A stretch of 64,000 nucleotides of DNA from Eledone cirrhosa (taxonomy: Eukaryota). Of the stretch, positions 1-12,195 are shown piece by piece. The stretch covers positions 19,592,001 to 19,656,000 of the forward strand of contig OZ024741.1 in the NCBI GenBank assembly GCA_964016885.1. The letters are read 5' to 3'. Positions within the stretch are counted from its first letter, which is position 1. Each line of letters opens with the position of its first letter. A program made the position numbers and the translations under genes. The notes beneath the pieces were generated by a model. It was not told the origin of the DNA. It searched no databases and worked only from the letters and a program-made list of their open reading frames with translations.

Positions 1-267
1 AAATCGGTGGCAAAATGTGGGAGCTAGAGCCAAAAATCTTATTTTTCGATATCTAAAAAAAGGTGACGCCCCTATCGATTTTTATCTGCAGAATGACCCC
101 GGAATAAAAAAAAAAACGATACACTGATATATAGAAAACACTCCCCGATGACTAATCTATGAGCCTGTAAAGTTTCATGAAAATCGGTCGTAAGATGTAG
201 GCCCCTATAGGTAATACACAGACACACCGACACACACACACATACTTAATTTTATATATATACAGAT
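1..267 (+). mobile_element. Probable 3' part of a non-autonomous Helitron/Helentron-like (DINE/Lep1-type) element
   Basis: Motif 'aaagtttcatgaaaatcggtcg' (169-190; related 'aaatcggtgg' at 1), then a short (CA/ACAG) microsatellite and 'ttttatatatatacagat'. This layout resembles microsatellite-carrying rolling-circle elements. Recognised from memory, not by alignment. Confidence 0.45.
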
Positions 268-355
268 ATATATATATATAACCAAAGATTAATATGGTTC
301 ATTGATTACTCAATGAATATAGTTTTACAATAGATTAAAATCACTCTACAAAGAA

Positions 356-612
356 GTTTTATCATATATATTTCGAAGGTACTGTGCTGTTTTTTCAGTA
401 CGTCCTCGTCAGATAAAATACATTAATTGATGTATGACATACCTCAACGGTCTTGATGGTTCAATTCCAGTACTGGAATTCCAATACTGGAATTCCAATA
501 CTGGAATTGAACCATCAAGACCATTGAGGTATGTCATACATTTCATGTATTTTATCTGACGAGGACGTACTGAAAAAACGGCACAGTACCTTCGAAATAT
601 ATATAATAAAAC
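356..612. mobile_element. Penelope-like pLTR inverted duplication (long palindrome) carrying a hammerhead ribozyme
   Basis: 356-~472 is the near-perfect reverse complement of ~499-612. The centre has 14-bp repeats (tactggaatt at 471, 485, 499). (TA)n lies on both sides. Confidence 0.7.
550..611 (+). ncRNA. Type I hammerhead ribozyme
   Basis: Stem I ttttat(550-555)/ataaaa(606-611); CUGACGA 556-562; stem II gga-c-gtactg/cagtac-c-ttc; GAAA 594-597; palindromic AU stem III; cleavage triplet AUA 603-605. Confidence 0.8.
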
Positions 613-660
613 ATATATTTTGATTATGTGAATGTCTTCTTTTATTAATATTCTGAATAA

Positions 661-674
661 TATATATATATATA

Positions 675-739
<65 letters not shown>
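661..739. repeat. (TA)n/(TG)n microsatellite
   Basis: Direct reading. Confidence 0.95.
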
Positions 740-741
<2 letters not shown>

Positions 742-1244
742 ATCCACTGGTCCCTATGAACTTTGAAACAATAATATTTAAATTACAACTTCAAAGTCTT
801 CTTATTTAATGAGTTACGGAGGCGACAGTAGAAGAAACTTTACCTGGTTCGGTTGCTCTTATAATTCACTAAATAAGAGAAGCTTTTTACGTTTAACACG
901 GGCCGATCCTTCTGAGTGGTAACATAGTGTATATTAGTAATAGAGCGGTTGAACATTGGATTGTCCCGGCCCCATGGGTTTCTGCAACAGTTGACTGCAC
1001 TAGGAGATACGGTTCGAATCTGCTATATATCACTACATATTCAAATATACAAAACTTCATTGTTTGGCGCAGCTGAGATAATAGGTTCACTTAACAAAAC
1101 TATTTTCGCCCTCCCTATCCTCCACCTTTTAATTATTTCTCTACCTTTTTTTTCTGATTATAAAAATTATTAGATTTTCAACAATATCTGAGAATTGGTA
1201 CAATTTCACCTGGTTACATAATTCTTCCTGTGAATGGGCGTGTC

Positions 1245-1575
1245 TTAATAGTTATATTGTTTGCAGCGTCGTGAGTTCAAATCCCGGCGGTGCGATGTGT
1301 TCTTGAGGAAGACATTAAACTTCTCACAGTCCTAGTCGACTCCACTGACATTGGTTTCACCTCTCATTCAAGAGGGCCAGCTCTTCACATGCTTCATCCC
1401 GTTGAGACTCGTCGAGAATTACGTTAAGGGTTCACGTGTATATATATGGACTCATCAGCTATTTTCACCTTAATTTCATAAGCCGGCTCCTCTCTTCTCA
1501 GCCGGACCACTCTGAACATGTAGAAAAAACCCGGAACAATCAGAACACTCATCGTCGAAACCAGTGGAGGTCTGA
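1245..1575 (+). mobile_element. Degenerate tRNA-derived SINE (CORE-like family)
   Basis: B-box-like 'gagttcaaatcc' followed by 'gtgttcttgaggaagacatt', similar to the 'gtccttgagcaagacact' of the better copies at 9910 and 55632. Confidence 0.55.
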
Positions 1576-1728
1576 TACATAATTCACCCAGTTTATCGAT
1601 GAGAACACATTCATTGTATCTGACAAATCAAGGGCAGTGGAAGCATTTCTGAATTGGGGTGGAGAGGGGGGCAAATTTAGCCAATTTAGTTATAAGTGAT
1701 TAGTTTAGCTGTTATTATCAAATATCAA

Positions 1729-1921
1729 CGGTGGATTGGGAGTATCGGTAGATGGTCGGACGCCATGCTTAGACGCATAGAGTTACGGCCCTTGCCATTC
1801 TGAGTTCAAATACCGCCGAGGTTAACTTTGCCTTTCATCCTTACGGGGTCGATAAAATAAAGTACCAGTAATGCACTGGGATAATTGCTGGCCTTGTGCC
1901 AAAAGTAGAAACAATTATTAT
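1729..1921 (+). mobile_element. tRNA-derived SINE with Meta-domain-like core (family 2)
   Basis: 'gagttcaaat' B box, 'gcctttcatccttacggggtcgataaaataaagtaccag' core and (ATT)n tail. Many related copies in 2.2-7.2 kb. Confidence 0.8.
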
Positions 1922-2219
1922 CAAATATCAACCAAGATATAAAATACTTCGATATGCGATAAACATAACATGTAGATAAACTGTAGCGTATATAGAAATA
2001 GAGGTGTATTTTGGTAGTTTTGGTGGTCCTTAGATAGCAGAGTATACCAACTGGGTGCATGTGTGAGGGATCTTTAGCTAGCAGGGTATACCAGATGACA
2101 ATGAGGTGAAAAAGCAAAAGGGTGTGGAGGGGACTTTAAAGTTCTGCACTAACTCATCTCATGCACAAAAGGAATATAATTGATAAACATTACATTATTT
2201 TTAGTTTAACAATGATACC

Positions 2220-2462
2220 AATAATCGTTTCTAATTGAGGCACGGAGCCAAGAATTTGTGGTGGGTGGGGGGCGATAGTGGAGGTGCAGAAGAAAGTCGA
2301 TTATATCAACTTTAACTCATGACAGGTACTTTATTTTATCGATCCCAGAAGGACGAAAGGCAAAGTTGACTACGGTGGAATATGAACTCCGAACGTAATA
2401 AGTCGCGACGAATAACTCAAAAGTATTTTGTCCGACGCTCTACCAATTCTGCTAAACCAACA
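2220..2462 (-). mobile_element. SINE family 2, diverged copy
   Basis: Reverse complement of the core: 'ggtactttattttatcgatcccagaaggacgaaaggcaaagttgac'. Confidence 0.7.
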
Positions 2463-2592
2463 CCCTGGTAATAATAGAAATTATGGTTTCTGATTTTGTA
2501 CATAGCTAAAAGTAAACCCCTCTACTTAGCGTTTGTTGACTTGGAAAAACTTATTTTTCAAATCTGATTTTGATTCAAAAGAAATATTGTGT

Positions 2593-3101
2593 GAGGCCAG
2601 GTACTAACCACTAGTATCTCTTAAGGCCAGGAACTAGCCGCTAGGATCTCTTAAGGCCAGGTACTTGCCGCTAGGATATCTTAAGGCCAGGAACTAGCCG
2701 CTAGGATCTCTTAAGGCCAGGTACTAACCACTAGTATCTCTTAAGGCCAGGAACTAGCCGCTAGGATCTCTTAAGGCCAGGTACTTGCCGCTAAGATCTC
2801 TTAAGACCAGGTACTAGCCACTAGGATCTCTTAAGGCCAGGAACTAGCCGCTAGGATCTCTTAAGGCCAGGTACTTGCCGCTAAGATCTCTTAAGACCAG
2901 GTACTAGCCACTAGGATCTCTTAAGGCCAGGAACTAGCCGCTAGGATCTCTTAAGGCCAGGTACTTGCCGCTAAGATCTCTTAAGACCAGGTACTAGCCA
3001 CTAGGATCTCTTAAGGCCAGGAACTAGCCGCTAGGATCTCTTAAACCCAGGTTCTTGCCGCTAAGATCTCTTAAGACCAGGTACTAGCCACTAGGATATC
3101 T
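2593..3101. repeat. 30-bp minisatellite, ~17 copies
   Basis: Unit 'ttaaggccaggaactagccgctaggatctc' and variants, in register with the 60-nt lines. Confidence 0.95.
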
Positions 3102-3412
3102 CAACTTCTCAGCATTACTTTTGTGTATTCTAGCATTGTTTTCATAACACACCACTGGAGTTTATGTGTATACTTGTATGACTACAGGTGTGTAAGTATA
3201 TCCCTAGATAGACATGTATATAGACAGGTAGGTTGGAAGGTATAGAGGTAGGTTGGGAGGTATAGAGGTATAGAGGTATAGAGGTAGGCAGGTAGGTAGA
3301 TAGGCAGTTAGGTTGGGAGGTATAGAGGTATACAGGTAGGCAGGTATCCGGAATGTTGAAGAAGTCACTTAGTGTATTTTAATGTTTTGTACTCGTGTTA
3401 CCCTTGTGGTAA

Positions 3413-4112
3413 ATAATTGTTTCTACTTTAAGCACAAGGCCAGCAATTACCCAGTACATTACTGGTACTTTATTTTATCGACCCCGTGAGGATGAAAGGC
3501 AAAGTTAACCTCGGCGCGATTTGAACTCAGAATGGCAAGGGCCGTAACTCTATGCGTCAAAGCATGGCGTCCGACCCTCTACCGATACTGCCAATCCACA
3601 TAATACATTATTATTATTAGGGGCGTTGGATTGGCAGTATCGGTAGAGGGTCGGACGCCATGCTTATCGGCAAAGCTAATTTCGGTGGGATTAGAACTCA
3701 GAACGTAAAGGACCGTCACTCTATGCTGCAAAGCATCGTGTCCGACGCTCCAACGCCCCTAATAATAATTGTTTCTACTTTTGGCGCAAGGCCATCAATT
3801 ACCCAGTGCATTACTGGTACTTTATTTTATCGACCCCGTAAGGATGAAAGGCAAAGTTAACCTCGGCGGGATTTGAACTCAGAATGGCAAGGAACGTAAC
3901 TCTAATATAATATAATATAATATAGTATAACGTAATATAATATAATATAATATAATATAGTATAACGTAATATAATATAATATAATATAATATAGTATAA
4001 CGTAATATAATTGTTTCTACTTTTGGCACAAGGCCATCAATTACCCAGTGCATTACTGGTACTTTATTTTATCGACCCCGTAAGGATGAAAGGCAAAGTT
4101 AACCTCGGTGGA
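3413..4112 (-). mobile_element. Cluster of SINE family 2 copies (3413-3598, 3765-3903, 4008-4112) plus an inverted fragment at 3610-3769
   Basis: Repeated near-identical 'ctggtactttattttatcgaccccgt(a/g)aggatgaaaggcaaagttaacctcgg'. Confidence 0.85.
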
Positions 4113-6496
4113 TAACATAATATAATATAATATAATATAATATAATATAATATATATTATAATATAATATATAATATAATATAATATAATATATAATATA
4201 ATATAATATATAATATAATATAATATAATATATACTATAATATAATATATAATATAATATAATATAATATAATATAATATATAATATAATATAATATAAT
4301 ATATAATATAATATAATATATAATATAATATAATATAATATAATATAATATAATATAATATAATATAATATAATATATATTATAATATAATATATAATAT
4401 AATATAATATAATATAATATATAATATAATATAATATATAATATAATATAATATATAATATAATATAATATAAAATATAATATAATATAATATAATATAT
4501 AATATAATATAATATAATATAATATAATATAATATAATATATATTATAATATAATATATAATATAATATAATATAATATATAATATAATATAATATAATA
4601 TATAATATAATATAATATAATATATAATATAATATAATATAATATAATATATAATATAATATAATATAATATAATATAATATATAATATAATATAATATA
4701 ATATAATATAATATAATATATAATATAATATAATATAATATAATATATAATATAATATAATATAATATAATATAATATAATATATATTATAATATATAAT
4801 ATAATATAATATAATATAATATAATATAATATATATTATAATATAATATATAATATAATATAATATAATATATAATATAATATATAATATAATATAATAT
4901 ATAATATAATATAATATAAAATATAATATAATATAATATAATATATAATATAATATAATATAATATAATATAATATAATATAATATATATTATAATATAA
5001 TATATAATATAATATAATATAATATATAATATAATATAATATAATATATAATATAATATAATATAATATATAATATAATATAATATAATATAATATAATA
5101 TAATATAATATAATATATAATATAATATAATATAATATAATATATAATATAATATAATATAATATAATATAATATAATATATAATATAATATAATATAAT
5201 ATAATATAATATATAATATAATATAATATATAATATAATATAATATATAATATAATATAATATAATATAATATAATATAATATATATTATAATATAATAT
5301 ATAATATAATATAATATATAATATAATATATAATATAATATAATATATAATATAATATAATATAAAATATAATATAATATAATATAATATATAATATAAT
5401 ATAATATAATATAATATAATATAATATAATATAATATAATATATATTATAATATAATATATAATATAATATAATATAATATATAATATAATATAATATAA
5501 TATATAATATAATATAATATAATATATAATATAATATAATATAATATAATATAATATAATATATAATATAATATAATATAATATAATATATAATATAATA
5601 TAATATAATATAATATAATATAATATAATATATAATATAATATAATATATAATATATCATATAATATAATATAATGTAATATATAATATAATATAATATA
5701 ATATAATATAATATATAATATAATATAATATAATATAATATAATATAATATATAATATAATATAATATATAATATAATATAATATAATATAATATATAAT
5801 ATAATATAATATAATATAATATAATATAATATAATATAATATAATATAATATAATATATAATATAATATAATATAATATAATATAATATATAATATAATA
5901 TAATATAATATATAATATAATATAATATAATATAATATAATATAATATAATATATAATATAATATAATATAATATAATATAATATAATATAATATATAAT
6001 ATAATATAATATAATATAATATAATATAATATAATATAATATAATATAATATAATATAATATAATATATAATATAATATAATATAATATAATATAATATA
6101 ATATAATATAATATAATATAATGTATAATATAATATAATATAATGTATAATATAATATAATATAATATAATATAATATAATATATAATATAATATAATAT
6201 ATAATATATAATATAATATAATATAATATAATATATAATATAATATAATATAATATAATATAATATAATATAATATAATATAATATAATATAATATAATA
6301 TAATATATAATATAATATAATATATAATATATAATATAATATAATATAATATAATATAATGTATAATATAATATAATATAATATAATATAATATAATATA
6401 ATATAATATAATATAATATAATATAATATAATATAATATATAATATAATATAATATAATATAATATAATATAATATAATATAATATAATATAATAT
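4113..6496. repeat. (TATAA)n pentanucleotide satellite, ~2.4 kb
   Basis: Direct reading. It explains the YIIL pseudo-ORFs. A short related tract lies at 3903-4008. Confidence 0.97.
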
Positions 6497-6519
6497 TGAA
6501 GCTTTGCGATATTTGTCCC

Positions 6520-7240
6520 GACTGTATAGGTTCTGAGTTCAAATCCCTCAGTAGTCAACTTGTTTTCATCCGTCCTGGGACTATAAAATAAAGTACCAGT
6601 CAAGTCAATCAACATTACCTTCCTCCAGATTGCTGGCCTTGTGCCATTGTTAGAAAGAATTATTATTATTGATAAGCTTTGAATTAATATAATCGATATA
6701 TCATCGGTAATTGACCCGCCTCGTTACGGTCTGTATTCAAAATTCGATGGAGATTAACTTTGTCTTTCATATTTACGATGGTCAATTAAGTACCAGTCAC
6801 GTACCAGGGTTCAATCGACTAACCCCCTCATCTAAAATTATTGATCTTGTATTTATGCTAGAAAGAATTGTTATTAATATTGTTAAATCCCACAACGGCA
6901 GGAGGGGAGGGGAGTAATCGGTAGAACGTCGAACAACATGTTTTGTGGCATAGAGTTACGCCCCTTAACGATCTGAATTAGCTCTGAAGTTAGCTTTGTC
7001 TTACATCCTTACGGGGTTGATAAAATAAAGTACCAGTAACGCACTGGGTCGATTTAAAAAAAATTGTTGGCCTTGTGCCTAAATGAGAAACCAACATTTT
7101 CAAATCCCACCAAGTTCGACGTCGTCTTTTATCCTTCCAGGAACGCTAAACTAAAAGAGTAGTCAATTACTTAAGTCGGTTTAATTGACTCAGCACTCTC
7201 TCCCGCCAAAAGTTCTCACATTCTGCCTATGTTAGAAGTA
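6520..7240 (+). mobile_element. Tandem cluster of ~4 diverged SINE family 2 copies
   Basis: Core-like motifs at ~6560, ~6760, ~7000 and ~7125. Confidence 0.7.
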
Positions 7241-7329
7241 TAGTATTTCATAGTATTTTAATCGTGTCATATGAATGGCTTTTTGTTTCTGCTCACAAAT
7301 CGTGTACACTTCAATATTCGTCATGTGAG

Positions 7330-8010
7330 GAGGGAGTATTGGTATTACGTGGTATCTGTGTTCTGTGTTTTCTGCACCTACATCAGGTGAACTTTTGCAT
7401 TAGTCAGGTGAATATGCAGTATAGGTGTTAGGGGGGGGGGGGGGGGTTCTGTGTTTTCTGCGCACATATCATGCGCACCTTTATATTCGTTATATAGGTG
7501 TGTTATGCAGTATTGTTGCTGGTTGCGGGATGAAGTTAGAAAGATGTGTGTTCTGCGTTTTCCATGTAAACATCAGGTGTACCTACCTAAGTATTTTTCA
7601 TGTGTAAATGCAGTATTGGTGGTGGTGGTGGTGGTGGTGGGGGGGGGGGGGGGGTAAAGCTAGAAAGATGTTTGTTCTGTGTTTCGTATGCAGGTGAGAA
7701 TGCGGTATTTTTGCTAGATGGTGGAGTTAGAAAGATGTGTGTTCTGTACCTGCACCTACCTATGTATTTGTCAGGTGGAATGCAGTAGTGATAGGGGATG
7801 AAGTTTATAAGATGTGTGTTCTGTGTTTTACCTGTACACATCAGGGGCACTATATATTTGTCAGGTGAGAATGTAGCAAAGTGTTAGGTGGTGAAGTTAA
7901 AAAAGATGTGTGTGTTCTGTGTTTTCGTGCACACATCACCTGCAACTATATATTTTTAAGGTGAGAATGCAGTGTTGTTGTTATGTGGGGAAGTTAAGAA
8001 TGTGTGAAGG
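7330..8010. repeat. Degenerate ~60-75-bp tandem repeat, ~8-10 copies
   Basis: Recurring 'gaagttagaaagatgtgtgttctgtgtttt...catcaggtg...tcaggtgagaatgcagt'. Confidence 0.75.
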
Positions 8011-8143
8011 TTTATCTTACGTCTAATTAAATATTTTCTGAGGTGTATTTTGATAATCTCATCTTGTTCTTTAAGTCTTGCTGCTATTTACTGACAAGAA
8101 TATATATTGTGATATTTCTATTTTCTAGTATACACTGTACACG

Positions 8144-8269
<126 letters not shown>

Positions 8270-8317
8270 ATAAGAAAATGCCAAGTAGTTTCAGATGTTA
8301 AAGTCCTTAATGATAAT

Positions 8318-8392
8318 GCTGTGATAAATATTTCAATGACGACACTGGCGACACTCTTCGGTGTACCCAGTGCCATGACATCATCAGACAGC
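8318..8392 (-). ncRNA. Type I hammerhead ribozyme
   Basis: The minus strand reads gctgt-CUGAUGA-[atggcactgg..acac/gtgt..ccagtgtcgt]-GAAA-U-auuu-AUC|acagc. Stem I gctgt/acagc is perfect; the base of stem II is imperfect. Confidence 0.7.
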
Positions 8393-8425
8393 TTCTCCCC
8401 TCAATCTATCTTATTTCTCATTCTT

Positions 8426-8461
8426 TCTTCTGATGAACGACTAGCGTCCGAAACGTTAAGA
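8426..8461 (+). ncRNA. Minimal type I hammerhead ribozyme (Penelope-type)
   Basis: tctt-CUGAUGA-acgactagcgtcc-GAAAC-GUU|aaga. Palindromic ACGU helix III is typical of dimer-active minimal hammerheads. Confidence 0.65.
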
Positions 8462-8544
8462 CCCTCTTCCTGCTATATCAAGCGTTAACCTAATATATAC
8501 CTTCCATATACTGTACCGATTGTCTTGTTATTTCTGTTTACTTT

Positions 8545-8575
<31 letters not shown>

Positions 8576-8752
8576 GACAATTAGAATTGGCGCTCATACA
8601 TATATGGTTGACGGCTGAGAGAAAAGAGAAGTCAATACCGAAGTAAAGGTAATAATATTCATGTTTATTAAGATTAAATAATAATCTTGACTCTGTGATA
8701 AACAGGCGAAACTCCAGAGTAACAAGGCTCACTATTTAGCCTTGATATAATC

Positions 8753-8829
<77 letters not shown>

Positions 8830-8994
8830 CTCTGGTGGCCCTTGAAATATGTATAATGAAATAAATATGGTTTTATAAATATAGTTTCCATTTGTTAATA
8901 TATTGTATATTTACTCCAATAATTTGTTGAGTGCTTTATATCAGTTATAAAAATATTTTTGCTTGTTGTATCCCAACAAATTAAATATAACCTC

Positions 8995-9053
<59 letters not shown>

Positions 9054-9146
9054 GTGTTATTATGTCACAGTAGGAGTGGGAGGTGTGTAGTCAATGTGGA
9101 CTGTTGAGGTATAGTATTGTCTGATACAGCATACTGTTATATATAG

Positions 9147-9169
<23 letters not shown>

Positions 9170-9178
<9 letters not shown>

Positions 9179-9445
9179 TATAGTACTGTGGTGTTGATAC
9201 ATGAGATGTGTGTATATATAGCTATATATATATATTATAGTACTGTAGAGTTGATACATGAGATGTGTGTATATATAGCTATATATATATATTATAGTAC
9301 TGTAGAGTTGATACATGAGATGTGTGTATATATAGCTATATATATATATTATAGTACTGTAGAGTTGATACATGAGATGTGTGTATATATAGGTATATAT
9401 ATATTATAGTACTGTAGAGTTGATATATAAGATGTATGTATATAT
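9170..9445. repeat. ~60-bp tandem repeat, ~4.5 copies
   Basis: 'tattatagtactgtagagttgatacatgagatgtgtgtatatatagcta' repeated. Confidence 0.9.
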
Positions 9446-9504
9446 ATTTCGTTTCTGAATTTGTTTGGCAAGATTCTTTATCTGAAATCGTGTGTTGAAA
9501 CCGA

Positions 9505-9649
9505 TATTGTTATACTTTGGGAGGGTCATGTTGCCAATAAGAAACACACGCACCAGTTGCTTTCACTTCAATTTATTATATATTTATAAATTTACAAGTT
9601 TATAAATTTATAAATTTCTGGTTGGTTGGTTGGTTCCACAACCAGATAG

Positions 9650-9714
<65 letters not shown>

Positions 9715-9859
9715 TATAAACAAATATAAACAACCAACCAACCAGAAATTTATAAATTTATAAACTTGTAAATTTATAAATATATAATAAATTGAAGTGA
9801 AAGCAACTGGTGCGTGTGTTTCTTATTGGCAACATGACCCTCCCAAAGTATAACAATAT
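9505..9859. repeat. Inverted repeat, ~128-bp arms around a (TA)n-containing spacer
   Basis: 9505-9632 is the reverse complement of 9731-9859. Confidence 0.9.
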
Positions 9860-9909
9860 GTATATATATGTTATATATATATTATAGTACTATATATATA
9901 TAAACACAT

Positions 9910-10123
9910 GAAGGCGTGTGGCTGAGTGGTTAGGGAATTGGATTCGCAATCGTAAGGTTGTGAGTTCGATTCCTGGACCGGGCGATGCGTTATGTCCTTG
10001 AGCAAGACACTTTATTTCACGTTGCTTCTTCTACCTGGAGTTGCGACCGATAGATAGTAATAGCAATTGGAAAGACCAACGGAAACATTGTTCCCTCGGT
10101 CCGATTTGACGAAAGTCGATCGT
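9910..10123 (+). mobile_element. tRNA-derived SINE (CORE-like), young copy
   Basis: A box TGGCTGAGTGG, B box GTTCGATTCC and 'ccttgagcaagacacttt'. Nearly identical to 55632-55845. Confidence 0.9.
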
Positions 10124-10130
10124 TCCTTTA

Positions 10131-10169
<39 letters not shown>

Positions 10170-10316
10170 GTGTATATATGTATATATATATATTATATAT
10201 ATATATATATATTATATATATGTATATATATATATATATTATATGTATATATATATATATATATAAAGGAAGAACCTTCTTTCTTATATCTACATATATA
10301 AACACTACAGTACTAT

Positions 10317-10352
<36 letters not shown>

Positions 10353-10458
10353 AACACTACAGTATTATAACATATATATATATATATGTGTGTGTGTGTG
10401 TCAACACTACAGTACTATAATATATATATACCTATATACACATATCTCATATATCCCT

Positions 10459-11092
10459 ACCACAGTACTATAACAGTAGACTGTATCAGACAATAGTATA
10501 GCACAACAGTCCACATTCACTATACACATGCCACACTACTATAACATACCACAGTACTATAACAGTAGACTGTATCAGACAATAGTATAGCACAACAGTC
10601 CACATTCACTATACACATGCCACACTACTATAACATACCACAGTACTATAACAGTAGACTGTATCAGACAATAGTATAGCACAACAGTCCACATTCACTA
10701 TACACATGCCACTAATATAACATACCACAGTACTATAACAGTAGACTGTATCAGACAATAGTATAGCACAACAGTCCACATTCACTATACACATGCCACA
10801 CTACTATAACATACCACAGTACTATAACAGTAGACTGTATCAGACAATAGTATAGCACAACAGTCCACATTCACTATACACATGCCACACTACTATAACA
10901 TACCACAGTACTATAACAGTAGACTGTATCAGACAATAGTATAGCACAACAGTCCACATTCACTATACACATGCCACACTACTATAACATACCACAGTAC
11001 TATAACAGTAGACTGTATCAGACAATAGTATAGCACAACAGTCCACATTCACTATACACATGCCACACTACTATAACATACCACAGTACTAT
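10459..11092. repeat. 89-bp minisatellite, ~7 copies
   Basis: 'ataacatacc' recurs at 10541, 10630, 10717, 10806, 10895, 10984 and 11073. Confidence 0.95.
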
Positions 11093-11169
11093 ATATACCA
11101 ATATATACTCAGTCACCTTGTAAAGGCAGAAAAAAAAACTTTAGAAACAGACGGTAGTTACAAATCAAT

Positions 11170-11900
11170 ACACACTCACACATACACACTCACACACTCA
11201 CACTCACACTCACACACTAACATACACACTCACACACTCACATACACACTCACACACAAACATACACATTCACACTCACACACACATACATACTCACACA
11301 CTCACACACACACACATAAACATACACATTCACACACTTACACACTCACACACATACTCACATGCACACACATATATATGATATCATATTGTACTACATT
11401 GTGTGTGTATATATATATATATATATCGAAAGAGAGAGAGAGAGAGAGAGAATGAGAGAGAAAGAGAAAGAGAGAGAGATGAGTGCGTGGTTATATATAT
11501 ATATATGTGTGTGTGTATGATTTTATATATGTATGTATGAATGCATGTATGTATGTTTGTATGTGCATGTGTGTATGTACATGTGTGTGTATGTATGTAC
11601 GTGTGTGTGTATGTGCATGTGTGTGTGTGTCTCTGTGTGTGTGTATGTACATGTGTATGTGTGTGTACATGTGTGTGTACTTGTGTGTGTGTATGTGCAT
11701 GTGTGTGTGTATGTACATGTGTATGTGTGTGTGCATGTGTGTGTACTTGTGTGTGTGTGTGTACATGTGTGTGTGTGTATGTACATGTGTGTGTGTGTAC
11801 ATGTGTGTGTGTGTGTGTGTGCATGTATTCAAGTGTGTCTTGTTGAATTTATTCAATACGACTGTCGCACAAACCGGCATAATACATATACATAATATAT

Positions 11901-11959
<59 letters not shown>

Positions 11960-12049
11960 CGTATACGTAATATATACATATATACATATATATACATGCA
12001 TACATTCATACATACAAATATATATACATACATTCCTTCTTTCATGCAG

Positions 12050-12102
<53 letters not shown>

Positions 12103-12144
12103 TTTGTTCGTACTGCCTCTCTGTTTTGTTCCCGTTCAATTTTT

Positions 12145-12195
<51 letters not shown>

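Noticed and set aside
1420-1460. Minus-strand CTGATGAG as a hammerhead
   Set aside because: Lies in a SINE body, is followed by GAAC rather than GAAA, and has no closing stems.
2593-3101. CRISPR-like regular 30-bp repeats
   Set aside because: No unique spacers, no cas genes, eukaryotic context. The same applies to the 20-bp and 89-bp arrays.
4836-6615. 568-aa and 389-aa YIIL ORFs
   Set aside because: Translation of (TTATA)n.
9910-9985. tRNA gene
   Set aside because: A and B boxes run into a SINE body repeated at 55632, and there is no proper acceptor stem. It is a SINE head.
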